From positions 33,346-97,345 of the forward strand of contig JALHRC010000001.1 in the NCBI GenBank assembly GCA_022841645.1: DNA of 64,000 nucleotides, written 5' to 3'. The number at the start of each line of letters is the position of its first letter. Positions within the stretch are counted from its first letter, which is position 1. Both the position numbers and the translations under genes were made by a program. Positions 7,891 through 18,000 of the stretch are shown here, piece by piece. The stretch comes from Minisyncoccota bacterium. GTDB taxonomy: Bacteria > Patescibacteriota > Minisyncoccia > Phycocordibacterales > UBA918. The notes below the pieces were generated by a model that was not told where the DNA came from, made no database searches, and was given only the letters and a program-made list of their open reading frames with translations.

Positions 7891-10149
7891 ATGTACCTCA
7901 AAGCTCTGACGATAAATGGTTTCAAGTCGTTTGCTAAAAAAGGCGAGCTCCAGTTTTCTGCACCGATTACTGGTATCGTTGGTCCAAACGGCTCGGGGAA
8001 GAGTAACGTCGCTGAATCATTTCGCTTTGTCCTTGGTGAGCAGTCGGTAAAGTCGATGCGCGGCCGGCGTGGTGAGGACTTGATTTGGGGCGGTAGCGAG
8101 AGTGTCTCGCGCGGCAACCGGGCTAGTGTGGAGGTGGTGTTGGATAATAGTAAGCGGCAATTCCCACTCGATTTTGATGAAATACGCATAGAGCGCGTAG
8201 TCCATCGTGACGGCCAAAACGACTACCTTTTAAATGGCTCGCCCGTGCGTCTTAAAGACGTTCAAGAGCTCTTGGCCTCGGCCAATATTGGCTCGACCGG
8301 TCACCACATCATTAGCCAGGGGGAAGCCGACCGCATCCTTTCAGCAAGCGTGCGCGAGCGTCGTGAGATGATTGAGGACGCCCTGGGGCTCAAGGTTTAC
8401 CAACTCAAAAAACAAGAAGCCGAGCGTAAACTCGACAAGACACGCGAGAATATTGCCCACGTGGAATCACTCCGGCGTGAAGCTGCACCACACCTACGTT
8501 ACCTCGAGAAGCAGGTACAGAAAATTGAAAAATCGCTCGAAGTACAAAAGGCGCTGCGCGCAGCCTACGTCGAGTATTTGCGTCGTGAAGATACGTATAT
8601 CGCGGTCCATTACGACCGTCTCACCGCACAGCGGCGCGAACCCGGTGCGGCACTCGAGGCAGTAAAAAAAGCGCTCGCGGAGGCCAAGGCAACTCTGCGT
8701 GAGGCAGAAGGGAGTGACAGCAAAAGCGCAGAGGTGGTAGCAGCCGAAGAGCGCTGGCGCGCAGCGTCAAAAGAGCGGCAGGGAGTGCTGCATGAACTAG
8801 GAAAACTGGAAGGACAGCTTTCGTACGTAGCGCGGCGGCTCGAGGAACGGGCGCGGCGAGTAGAGACCGGCGGCCCGGCGATTGCCCGCAGTGAGCTCGA
8901 GCGGGTGGTAGCAGCTATCGAAGCCCAAGTGACTGACGCGGTGGGCCGTGACGACTTGCCGGCACTGAAGCGCACCCTCACCGACGTGGTGCGCAAACTG
9001 CGTATTCTCCTGGAACGTGCACCGTCGGCTACTGATGATTTGGAGGCTCATGAGCGCGAACGTGGGGAGCTTGAGCGTAGCATCGCCGATTTACGCAACG
9101 GAATGGCCAAAGCCGAAGCCGCCGAAGCGGCCGCTGAAGCAGCCTATCAAACCGTGCGGCAAAACCTCGAAACGGAGGCTGCCGGTGCGCGCGAGGCCGA
9201 GCGTGAGGTGTTTCGGCTGGTGGGCGAACAACGTACACTCGAAGCCCAGGTCGAGCGCATCGACCGCGAGCTCGAAGGCCTCGCGCGCGATCGCGAGGAA
9301 TTTAAGCGGGAGCTCGAAGAAGGGGTGGCGCTCCTTGGCCGTGCCGTCATGCAGTACTATCAAGTGCCCCTTATGGTGGATGGTGGGGAAGTTTCGCCTG
9401 AGGCAATGGCAGCCGAAGATCGAAATATCCAGCGTACTCGCCGGCACGAGCTCGAAAAGCTCAAGATTCGCCTTGAGGAACTTGGTGTAGGTGCTACTGA
9501 CGACACGATGCGGGAGTGGCAGGAAGCCAAAGAGCGTGACGAATTTCTGGCGCGCGAACTGGCTGACCTCACTTCCTCGGTGGAAAAACTGTCGGCTCTT
9601 ATCACTGAGCTCTCCGCTGAACTCCACGAACAGTTTTTTGCTGGTATCGATAAAATCTCGGTCGAGTTTAATACCTTCTTTACCCTCATGTTTGGCGGTG
9701 GGGAAGCGTCGCTTACCCGCGTAGAGCCAAAAGTGCGGGCCAAAGCTGAAGATGAAGAGGAGCAGCTAGCGGATGACGAGCCCGACGAGAACGATGTTGG
9801 AATCGAGCTCAATGTAAAGCTTCCTAATAAGCGGGTGAAGGGCCTCGAGATGCTCTCGGGCGGTGAGCGGGCGCTCACCTCCATTGCACTTATTTTTGCG
9901 ATGAGCCAGGTCAACCCGCCACCCTTTATTATTCTCGACGAAACCGACGCTGCCCTCGATGAAGCCAATAGTCGCCGCTACGGCGACCTCATTGAGGCCT
10001 TGGCGAAAAAGAGTCAACTCATTCTCATTACCCACAACCGCGAGACGATGAGTCGCGCCAGTATTCTCTATGGCATCACGATGGGGAGCGACGGCGTCTC
10101 AAAACTCCTCTCGGTGCGGCTTGAAGAAGCGCTGGCGGTAGCGAAGTAA
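7891..10149 (+). CDS. smc: SMC-family chromosome segregation ATPase, short form with no recognisable hinge
   Basis: GFKSFA, GPNGSGKSN, IISQG, LSGGE, ILDETDAALDEAN, ITHN; only about 750 aa. Confidence 0.88.
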   Translation: MYLKALTINGFKSFAKKGELQFSAPITGIVGPNGSGKSNVAESFRFVLGEQSVKSMRGRRGEDLIWGGSESVSRGNRASVEVVLDNSKRQFPLDFDEIRIERVVHRDGQNDYLLNGSPVRLKDVQELLASANIGSTGHHIISQGEADRILSASVRERREMIEDALGLKVYQLKKQEAERKLDKTRENIAHVESLRREAAPHLRYLEKQVQKIEKSLEVQKALRAAYVEYLRREDTYIAVHYDRLTAQRREPGAALEAVKKALAEAKATLREAEGSDSKSAEVVAAEERWRAASKERQGVLHELGKLEGQLSYVARRLEERARRVETGGPAIARSELERVVAAIEAQVTDAVGRDDLPALKRTLTDVVRKLRILLERAPSATDDLEAHERERGELERSIADLRNGMAKAEAAEAAAEAAYQTVRQNLETEAAGAREAEREVFRLVGEQRTLEAQVERIDRELEGLARDREEFKRELEEGVALLGRAVMQYYQVPLMVDGGEVSPEAMAAEDRNIQRTRRHELEKLKIRLEELGVGATDDTMREWQEAKERDEFLARELADLTSSVEKLSALITELSAELHEQFFAGIDKISVEFNTFFTLMFGGGEASLTRVEPKVRAKAEDEEEQLADDEPDENDVGIELNVKLPNKRVKGLEMLSGGERALTSIALIFAMSQVNPPPFIILDETDAALDEANSRRYGDLIEALAKKSQLILITHNRETMSRASILYGITMGSDGVSKLLSVRLEEALAVAK

Positions 10150-10157
10150 ACGCTTTG

Positions 10158-10296
10158 TAAAATCCCCCACAGACATTTTTGAACACGCATCGCCTGGTCC
10201 AGTACCGGTCGTGCTCCCGCTCGAGCAAAAACTTTCTACCGAAAGACCAGGCTTTTTGCTCTGCGCGAGTTTCAAAAATGTCTGTGGGGGATTTTA
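10158..10296. repeat. Multi-branch palindromic element A with 26-bp perfect terminal inverted repeats
   Basis: TAAAATCCCCCACAGACATTTTTGAA ... TTCAAAAATGTCTGTGGGGGATTTTA; core CTCCCGCTC-[stem]-TGCGCGAG. Confidence 0.85.
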
Positions 10297-10332
10297 AAAT
10301 AAAAACGCATAACTATTTCATAATAGACTCAA

Positions 10333-10484
10333 GTACCTTCATGTTGTGATGAGGGCCTTGCGCAGATACACCGAAAATCACCGCGATCCTAGGATCGCGG
10401 TGATTTTCGGTGTATCGAGCAGAGGGGCATGGTTCTCCATCAAGAGAACCGTGAACACGTGCCCGAGGCGCGACGTGAAGGTGC
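10333..10484 (+). repeat. Multi-branch structured element B, reverse-complement homolog of 48354-48510
   Basis: Shares 20-, 14- and 13-nt identical blocks with element C; contains a 52-bp loopless palindrome at 10365-10416. Confidence 0.88.
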
Positions 10485-10493
10485 CTAAGTAGG

Positions 10494-12434
10494 TTACGCC
10501 ACTAATTCAAAATCAAGTTGTCGCTCATCCTTGAGTACCTTCACTAATTTGATTTTTATCTCATCACCAAGGCGATAAATCTTGCCGGTCTTTTGTCCCT
10601 TCACACGGTAGTTCTTGGGGTCGTGCTCGTAGTAGTCGCCCTTGATGGCAGCCAGGCGCACCATTCCTTCAGTCAGCGAAGCCTTGTCTTGTACGTACAC
10701 ACCCCAGTCGCTCACGCCGGTAATGACGCCATCAAACGTGTGGCCAATGCGATTTTGCATGTACTCGACCTGTTTGAATTTAATCGAGTCGCGTTCAGCA
10801 GAGACAGCCTCCGCTTCGCGTTGTGACGATTGAATAGCAAGTTTCTCATAGTGGGCGAGCTCACCACCCTTGATGCCCGAATGGTCGAGATGGCGGCGCA
10901 AAAGACGGTGGGCCATGAGGTCGGGGTAGCGACGAATCGGGGAAGTAAAGTGTGTGTAGTACTTAAAGGCGAGACCAAAGTGGCCGATATTGCGCGTCGA
11001 GTAGACTGCCTTCGCCATGCTGCGGATGGTGGCGGTTTTGATGAGGTTTGCTTCGGGCTTGCCTTCCACTTCAGCGAGGAGCTTATTAACATTCTTCGCC
11101 GTGACGACCCCTTTGTGAGTTTCGAACTCATAGCCCAGGGCATTGAGAAACAGCGAGAGCCCTTCGATTTTGTCGGGGTTGGGTGTGTCGTGGATGCGGT
11201 AGATAAAGGCGAGGTCACGCCCGCTGTCTTTGGCAAGGTCGTAGATGTAGGTGGCCACCTCACGGTTGGCGAGCAGCATGAAATCCTCGATCATCATCAT
11301 GGTCTCGGTGCGGACTTTGGTATAGACGCGAATGGGGGCGCCGCGCTCGTCGAGCTCAAATTTCACCTCGGGCTGTTCAAAAGCAATCGCGCCCTCGCGG
11401 TAGCGTTCTTTGCGTAAAAGGCGTCCTTGGGTCATGAGCGTCGTGAGCTCACCATGAAAAGGTCCCTCACCACGGTCGAGGACTTCCTGCGCTTCTTCAT
11501 AGCTAAAACGTTTGTTGGAGTGGATGACGGTCTGTCCGTACCAGGCGTTCACAATATCTGCGCTGGGAGTGAGTTCAAAGATGGCTGAGAAGGCGAGGCG
11601 ATCTTCGTTTGGTCGTAGAGAACAGAGGTCATTACTGAGCACTTCGGGAAGCATTGGAATGACGCGGTCTACTAAATAGACCGAGGTGCCGCGCTCCTGT
11701 GCTTCTTTATCAATCGGCTCGCCGTCGCGCACGTAGTGGGAGACGTCGGCGATATGAATACCGACCTCGATGTTGCCCGAAGGGAGGGTGCGGACCGATA
11801 AGGCGTCGTCAAAGTCTTTTGCGTCCGCGGGGTCGATGGTCATAGTGGTGACGTCGCGCAGATCGCGGCGCTGTGGATCGGCGAGCGCTTCACGGAAAAT
11901 TTCGTCGCGGCGCGCGTGGATATCTTCGGCTGCTTTGGCTACTTCTGCCGGAAAGTCGACGGCAAACCCGCCACCGCGAATGATGGCGCGCATTTCTGTC
12001 TCATGATCACCTGAGCGTCCCAAGATCTCAATGATAGAGGCTTTGGGTTCTTGCTTGGGGTCAGTCCAGTCGGTGAGTGTGATTACGACCTTCATGCCTG
12101 TCTCTCCGGCGGCTTCAGCGGGGAGGGTAGGGCGGACATGGATACGGTGATTATCGGGCTGGAGATAGAGGCTCGTGCGATCACCGGGAGTGCGCTCTTT
12201 CACAATACCGATAAGCTCACGGTGGACGCGCTCGAGCACTTTTACCACTGTCCCCTCTGCCCGCTGCCCAGCCTGTGGCGGGGTATAGGTTACTTCGACA
12301 ATATCGCCATCGAGCGCGAGGCCCAGGCGGTCGCGTTCAATAACAATATCTTGGGTAAGATCAGGGTGGGCGAGGAAGCCGGTGCCCTTGCCGCGGATCA
12401 TGATGGGTCCAGCGACGGTATGTAGCGTAGTCAC
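10494..12434 (-). CDS. rnr: Ribonuclease R
   Basis: TIDPADAKDFDDALS, VHIADVSHY-like, HFTSPIRRYPDL, C-terminal S1 domain. Confidence 0.95.
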   Translation of the reverse strand: MTTLHTVAGPIMIRGKGTGFLAHPDLTQDIVIERDRLGLALDGDIVEVTYTPPQAGQRAEGTVVKVLERVHRELIGIVKERTPGDRTSLYLQPDNHRIHVRPTLPAEAAGETGMKVVITLTDWTDPKQEPKASIIEILGRSGDHETEMRAIIRGGGFAVDFPAEVAKAAEDIHARRDEIFREALADPQRRDLRDVTTMTIDPADAKDFDDALSVRTLPSGNIEVGIHIADVSHYVRDGEPIDKEAQERGTSVYLVDRVIPMLPEVLSNDLCSLRPNEDRLAFSAIFELTPSADIVNAWYGQTVIHSNKRFSYEEAQEVLDRGEGPFHGELTTLMTQGRLLRKERYREGAIAFEQPEVKFELDERGAPIRVYTKVRTETMMMIEDFMLLANREVATYIYDLAKDSGRDLAFIYRIHDTPNPDKIEGLSLFLNALGYEFETHKGVVTAKNVNKLLAEVEGKPEANLIKTATIRSMAKAVYSTRNIGHFGLAFKYYTHFTSPIRRYPDLMAHRLLRRHLDHSGIKGGELAHYEKLAIQSSQREAEAVSAERDSIKFKQVEYMQNRIGHTFDGVITGVSDWGVYVQDKASLTEGMVRLAAIKGDYYEHDPKNYRVKGQKTGKIYRLGDEIKIKLVKVLKDERQLDFELVA

Positions 12435-12621
12435 GCGGCGCAGTATACCACTTGCGCGCGTTTTTTCTAGTGCTATAGTGTAAGCGTTGGCCTGCTTCTC
12501 TCAAGCAAGCCATCAACCGCACCCCCCGGTGCGGTGCCCCAAACTGCCCAGTTCCGCAAGGGACTGGGCCTTTTTATTTCGTTTGACTACTTCGACCCTT
12601 TCTGGTAGTCTAGCGCCACTT

Positions 12622-12924
12622 ATGTTAATGATGCGTCTAAAGCGTGTAGGCCGCAAAAACGATCCGTCGTATCGTATTATTGTGGTCGACAAACGCGAGA
12701 GTGTTAAAAGCAATAATTTCGTTGCCCAGCTTGGTACCTACAACCCCAAGTCGGGAGAGATTTTGGTCGACGCTGAAGCCGCTAAACACTGGCTTTCCAA
12801 GGGTGTGCAGGCTTCAGGGACTGTCCACAACATGCTGGTCACCAAAAAGGTGATCGACGCCAAAAAGATCAACGTTTTGCCTAAAAAGACGGCTCCAAAG
12901 AAGGAAGAAGCGGTCGCTGCCTAG
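12622..12924 (+). CDS. rpsP: 30S ribosomal protein S16
   Basis: MRLKRVGRKNDPSYRIIV...LGTYNP...WLSKGVQAS. Confidence 0.95.
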   Translation: MLMMRLKRVGRKNDPSYRIIVVDKRESVKSNNFVAQLGTYNPKSGEILVDAEAAKHWLSKGVQASGTVHNMLVTKKVIDAKKINVLPKKTAPKKEEAVAA

Positions 12925-13059
12925 TCTCTCTCTTGCTAGAGTAGAGTAATTACCAGCGCCACGTTGACGTGCTGGCCCTTTCTCTCGTATCATGGGGAGA
13001 GCTCGCTCCCTGTTAGTTTCGGTGGCGGACGCTTACCAGTAACGATAAGACTAAGCGGT

Positions 13060-13413
13060 ATGGATCAACACGAAGACAAACAATTTTTGGAATATCTTGT
13101 AAAGGCGCTGGTTGATAATCCTGAAGCTGTCCGGATTAACCGCACGGTAGACGAAATGGGCGTCCTCCTTACCCTCGACGTGCATGCTGACGACATGGGA
13201 AAGATTATTGGCCGCTCGGGCAATACTGCCAAGGCCATCCGTACGCTCCTGCGCGTCGTCGGTATGAAGCATGATGCGCGTGTTAACCTCAAAATCAACG
13301 AGCCAGTCGGCGGAAAGGGTATGAGCCGCGATATGGCGGAGGCGATGCAGGAAGATAACCCGGTTGCTACTACCAAAACATTGGATGAAGCGATCGATGA
13401 TTTGAAGATTTAG
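13060..13413 (+). CDS. khpA: KH-domain RNA-binding protein (KhpA/YlqC family)
   Basis: LVKALVDNP, DMGKIIGRSGNTAKAIRTLL; canonical position after rpsP. Confidence 0.9.
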   Translation: MDQHEDKQFLEYLVKALVDNPEAVRINRTVDEMGVLLTLDVHADDMGKIIGRSGNTAKAIRTLLRVVGMKHDARVNLKINEPVGGKGMSRDMAEAMQEDNPVATTKTLDEAIDDLKI

Positions 13414-13525
13414 CAGAAACAAGGAAGGGGGCCGAAGGCTGATTATGTTTTGCTGACGCAGGCGCTTCGCTACTTTTGAGCTTCAAAGAGAAAAAAGTAG
13501 CGGCGGCGAGCTGCCAAACTGAAGA

Positions 13526-13560
13526 ACGAAAGCACCGCCCCAAAGGGGCGGTGCTTTCGT
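13526..13560. terminator. Intrinsic terminator-like hairpin
   Basis: ACGAAAGCACCGCCCC-AAA-GGGGCGGTGCTTTCGT. Confidence 0.7.
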
Positions 13561-13582
13561 CTGTTTGTAGTATAATAGAGGC

Positions 13583-13783
13583 ATGAACAAACTTGACCTT
13601 GCGATAAACGAAGTTAAGCGACTCCCAACAGCAGATCAAGAAATAATTGCTGAACTCCTTGTGCGGGTAGCTACCCCCAATGCACCGTATGTGCTAAGTG
13701 ATGAAGAAGTTACAGAAGTTGAGCGACGATTAGCTACTGACAAGGAAAGGGTAGCGATGGCTGAGGCTTTTAAAGATCTCTAA
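13583..13783 (+). CDS. Putative antitoxin (addiction-module component)
   Basis: 66-aa acidic protein (LSDEEVTEVERRL) directly upstream of a ParE-like toxin; TATAAT just upstream of the ATG. Confidence 0.65.
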   Translation: MNKLDLAINEVKRLPTADQEIIAELLVRVATPNAPYVLSDEEVTEVERRLATDKERVAMAEAFKDL

Positions 13784-13795
13784 ATTATCGAGCGT

Positions 13796-14074
13796 ATGCG
13801 CGCTGTACGTTTTAATCAAACTGCAGTTCGTGACTTGCAAAAAATTGCCCGCTACTCTGAGGGGGAGTGGGGGAGTGTACAAAAAGAGCGCACGCTTGAT
13901 CGAATTGCGCGGGCCTGTGAAATGCTCATTGCTTTTCCGCATCTGGGTATAGAATCACGAGTGAAGGGGGTCTACCAAAGAGTAGTGCCAAAGCTGCCGT
14001 TTATTTTGCTTTATCAAATTACCGAAACTGACATCCTTATTGTGCAAATTCTCCACATGCGGCAAGATAGCTAA
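13796..14074 (+). CDS. RelE/ParE family toxin
   Basis: FNQTAVRDLQKIARY, L..FPHLG, PFILLYQ, ILIVQILHMRQD. Confidence 0.85.
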   Translation: MRAVRFNQTAVRDLQKIARYSEGEWGSVQKERTLDRIARACEMLIAFPHLGIESRVKGVYQRVVPKLPFILLYQITETDILIVQILHMRQDS

Positions 14075-14078
14075 CACT

Positions 14079-14798
14079 ATGCATTTCCACGTCATCACCC
14101 TGTTTCCAGAAGCCTGCAAAGCGTACACCGACGCGAGTGTATTGGGGCGGGCGCAGAAAACTGACAAAGGGAAGGGGGCCAAGGTTCGCGGCAAAAAGAT
14201 AACGGTCTCCTACTACAACCCCCGTGATTTTGCGACGGACAAGCATCGCAAAACCGACGACCGCCCCTATGGCGGGGGCCCTGGTATGGTGATGTTAGTC
14301 GAGCCCATCGTGCGCGCCTGGGAAAAAGCGGTGGGGAAGAAGACAGCCGCCCTAAAGGCCGGCAAGGTAAAAACATTTATCACCTCACCGCGCGGCCGAA
14401 CGTTTGCTCAGGAGCATGCTCAGGAGCTGGCTAAGGAGGCAGAGCATGTAGTCCTTATTGCCGGTCGTTATGAAGGCATCGATGCGCGGGTGAAGGAGAT
14501 TTTAGGTGCCGAGGAAGTGAGTGTGGGTGATTACATTCTGACCGGTGGGGAACTACCTGCCCTCACTATAGTGGATGCTATCTCGCGGCACATCCCCGGG
14601 GTCCTTGGCACCCACGATTCACTCGAGGACGACCGCGCAACCGAGGGAGTTACGTACACTCGGCCTCCGACATATACCCACAAAAAGCGGCAATTTGCGG
14701 TCCCACCTGTCCTTCTGGAGGGAGATCATAAGAAAATAGAGGCCTGGCGACAGGGCTTTCCTCATGGTCAAAATACCCCAAAATCTAAAAAACCGTAG
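14079..14798 (+). CDS. trmD: tRNA (guanine-N1)-methyltransferase
   Basis: FHVITLFPE, DDRPYGGGPGMV, GRYEGIDARV, SVGDYILTGGEL. Confidence 0.96.
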   Translation: MHFHVITLFPEACKAYTDASVLGRAQKTDKGKGAKVRGKKITVSYYNPRDFATDKHRKTDDRPYGGGPGMVMLVEPIVRAWEKAVGKKTAALKAGKVKTFITSPRGRTFAQEHAQELAKEAEHVVLIAGRYEGIDARVKEILGAEEVSVGDYILTGGELPALTIVDAISRHIPGVLGTHDSLEDDRATEGVTYTRPPTYTHKKRQFAVPPVLLEGDHKKIEAWRQGFPHGQNTPKSKKP

Positions 14799-15088
14799 TT
14801 TTCCCCAGACAAACCCTTGCCAACTTGCGGCTTTTTACCTCGCGTGCTAGAATCCTGCCACCAACGCGAAGGTCTCGAATGTGTCACGGGTGGAGATTTT
14901 TGAGCGGCGAGTAATGGTAGTTACGTTGTGTTACTTTCGTCTACATACTAAACCCGCATGAAGTTACAAGAACACGTCCACACGTGTTCTTGTTGCGTGT
15001 TAGTGATAGATGAAGCTCATACGTGAGGTTCTGGGGGAGGCATTTACTAACGCAGCGAGACAATTTTTTTAATCGATACATATTACGT

Positions 15089-18000
15089 ATGCGCACGACA
15101 AAAGATGTTGAACGGACCGTGTCGGTCGCCGAGCTTCCAGCCAAGGTGTTTGCCGTCAGTCCCGCGCCGCGGATTGAGCTGCCTGACCTGATTGTTCCCC
15201 AGCGTGATTCCTACCGCTGGTTTATCGAGACCGCCCTTAAGGAAATCTTCACTGAGTTTTCACCTATCTCTGACTACTCAGAGAAAAAGTTCGAGCTGCG
15301 TTTCCGCAAGTACGAGCTCGGTCAGCCAAAGACCACCCCTGAGTTTGCAAAAGAAAACAAGCTCACGTACGAAGCCCCTTTGCGCGCCCAGGTGGTCCTC
15401 AAGAACAAAACGTTCGAGAGTGAGAAAGAGCAGGAAATTTTCTTCACCGACCTCCCGGTGATGACCGAAAACGGCACCTTCATCATCAACGGTGTGGAGC
15501 GTGTGATCGTGCCCCAGCTTGCGCGCAGTTACGGTATCTTTTTTACCGCCAATGAAAGTAAGGGCCGCCAGCTGTTTGGCGCCAAGATCATCCCCGCCCG
15601 TGGCGCGTGGGTAGAGATCGAGTCGGAGGCCGACGGCGTCATCTACGTAAAAATCGACCGCAAGAAGAAATTCCCCGTTTCGTCACTCTTGCGCGTCCTT
15701 GGTGTACAGACCGAGAAAGACATGGTCGCCCTTCTTAAGGGTGTACCGCGTAGTGAGGAGTACCTCAAGGCCACCCTCGCCAAAGACCCAGCGAAAACTA
15801 CCGACGAGTCGTTCATCGAGATTTACAATCGCCTCCGTGATGGTGACCTCGCTACCGTCGAGAACGCCCGTGAATTCGTGCGCTCTATTTTTGCTCCTGA
15901 ACGCTACGACCTCTCAGAAATTGGTCGCCACCACTTCAACGAGCGTTTTGATCGCCCCACCGATAAGAAGACGGTGGAAGGACGAACGGTCTCTGTTGAC
16001 GACATGCGTCTCATTTTGACTCATATCATCACGCAAAACCACGAGCCTGGTGCCCTCCCCGACGACATCGACCACTTGGGCTTCCGCCGCGTCCGCTACT
16101 TTGGTGAAATGCTCCAGCAGCGTGTGCGAGTCGGTATGACGCGCATGAAGCGCAACATCCAGGACCGCATGTCGACCATCGAGGCCGAGACGAGCCTGCC
16201 GATGCAGATCATCAACCCACGCCCACTCCAGGCCGCTATCAAGGAATTCTTTACCACCAACCAGCTCTCGCAGTTTAGCCAGCAGCAAAACATCCTCGCG
16301 GAAATCGAGCACCTACGTACCCTCTCTGCCCTCGGTCCCGGTGGTCTTACACGTGAGCGCGCGGGCTTTGAAGTGCGCGACGTACACCCAAGTCACTATG
16401 GTCGCCTCTGTCCTATCCACACGCCAGAAGGTCCGAACATCGGTCTTATCCTTCGTCTCGCGATGTACTCACGCGTCAACCGCTTTGGCATTATTGAAAC
16501 CCCGTACGTAAAAGTAGAGAAGGGTGTGGTGACCGACGAAGTGGTGTACCTAAACGCGCACGAGGAAGAAAAGTTTAGTATTGCGCACGCCGCAGTCGAG
16601 CTCGACAAAAACGGTAAGATCGTCCCGGAGCTCGTTGAGGCGCGTAAGAAGGGTGACCCACGCGTGATCCCCCGCAAGGACGTCGAGTACATGGACATCG
16701 CTACCAACCAAGCGTTCTCCGTGGCTACTTCGATGATTCCATTCCTCAACCACGACGACGCCAACCGTACGCTCATGGGTAGCAATATGCAGAAGCAGGC
16801 CACACCATGTGTGGTGCCTGAGGCACCGCTCGTGGCAACGGGTGTTGAGGCCATTGCCGCCCGTGATACCGGACGCGTTATCTACGCTGCCGAAGCCGGT
16901 GAAGTGATCGAGTGCGATGCCCTTCACATTGTTGTGAAGGACAGGGATGGTAAGAAACATGAGTACACCCTTACCACCTTCCAGCGTACCAACGACTTTT
17001 CTGCTTTCTACCACCGTCCGGCTGTCCGCGTGGGTGACAAGGTAAAGCGTGGAGATCTCCTCGCTGACACCTCATCGACCGACAAGGGTCAGATTGCGGT
17101 AGGTCAAAACGCACTCGTGGCCTTCATGAGCTGGAACGGTGCGAACTATGAAGACGCTATTGTTATTTCAGAGCGTCTCGTGAAGCAGAGCAAGTTCTCC
17201 ACCATTCACATCGACGAGCTCGAAGTATCAGTACGTGACACCAAGCTTGGTCCAGAAGTTACCACCTCTGACATCCCTAACGTATCTGATGTAAAGCTGC
17301 GCAATCTTGATGAAGACGGTGTGATTCGCATCGGTGCCGAGGTCCGTCCCGGTGACATTTTGGTCGGTAAGGTAACGCCCAAGGGAGAGACCCAGCTCAC
17401 GCCGGAAGAGCGTCTCCTCCGTTCTATCTTCGGTGAAAAGGCGAAGGACGTGAAGGACACGAGTTTGCGCCTTGAAGCTGGTAAGCGTGGTCGCATCATC
17501 GGCGTGAAGGTCTTCTCGCGCGAGCATGGTGACCAGCTCGAGAGCGGTGTCATCAAGCGCATTCATATTACGGTCGCGCAGGTGCGCAATGTCTCGGTAG
17601 GCGACAAACTCGCGGGACGTCACGGTAACAAGGGTGTTATTTCACGCATCTTGCCGGAAGAAGATATGCCATACACCGAAGATGGTCGTCCAATCGACGT
17701 CCTCCTCACACCACTCGGCGTACCGTCACGTATGAACCTCGGTCAGATTCTTGAACTCCACCTTGGCATGGCCGCTAACACGCTTGGCTATCAGGCGGTG
17801 GTGCCACCATTTGCTGGTGCGTCCGAAGAGCACGTCAAGGCTGAACTCAAAGCTGCCGGTCTCCCGTCTGACGGCAAGATCCAGCTCCGTGACGGTCAGA
17901 CTGGTGAGCCGTTTGCGCAGAAAACAGCCGTAGGGTACATGTATATCTTGAAGCTCCATCACATGGTGGAAGACAAAATCCACATGCGCTCGATTGGGCC

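Noticed and set aside
10345-10356. GTGATGAG as a hammerhead ribozyme core
   Set aside because: It lacks the CUGAUGA and properly placed GAAA consensus and is not conserved in the second copy (GCGATGGG).
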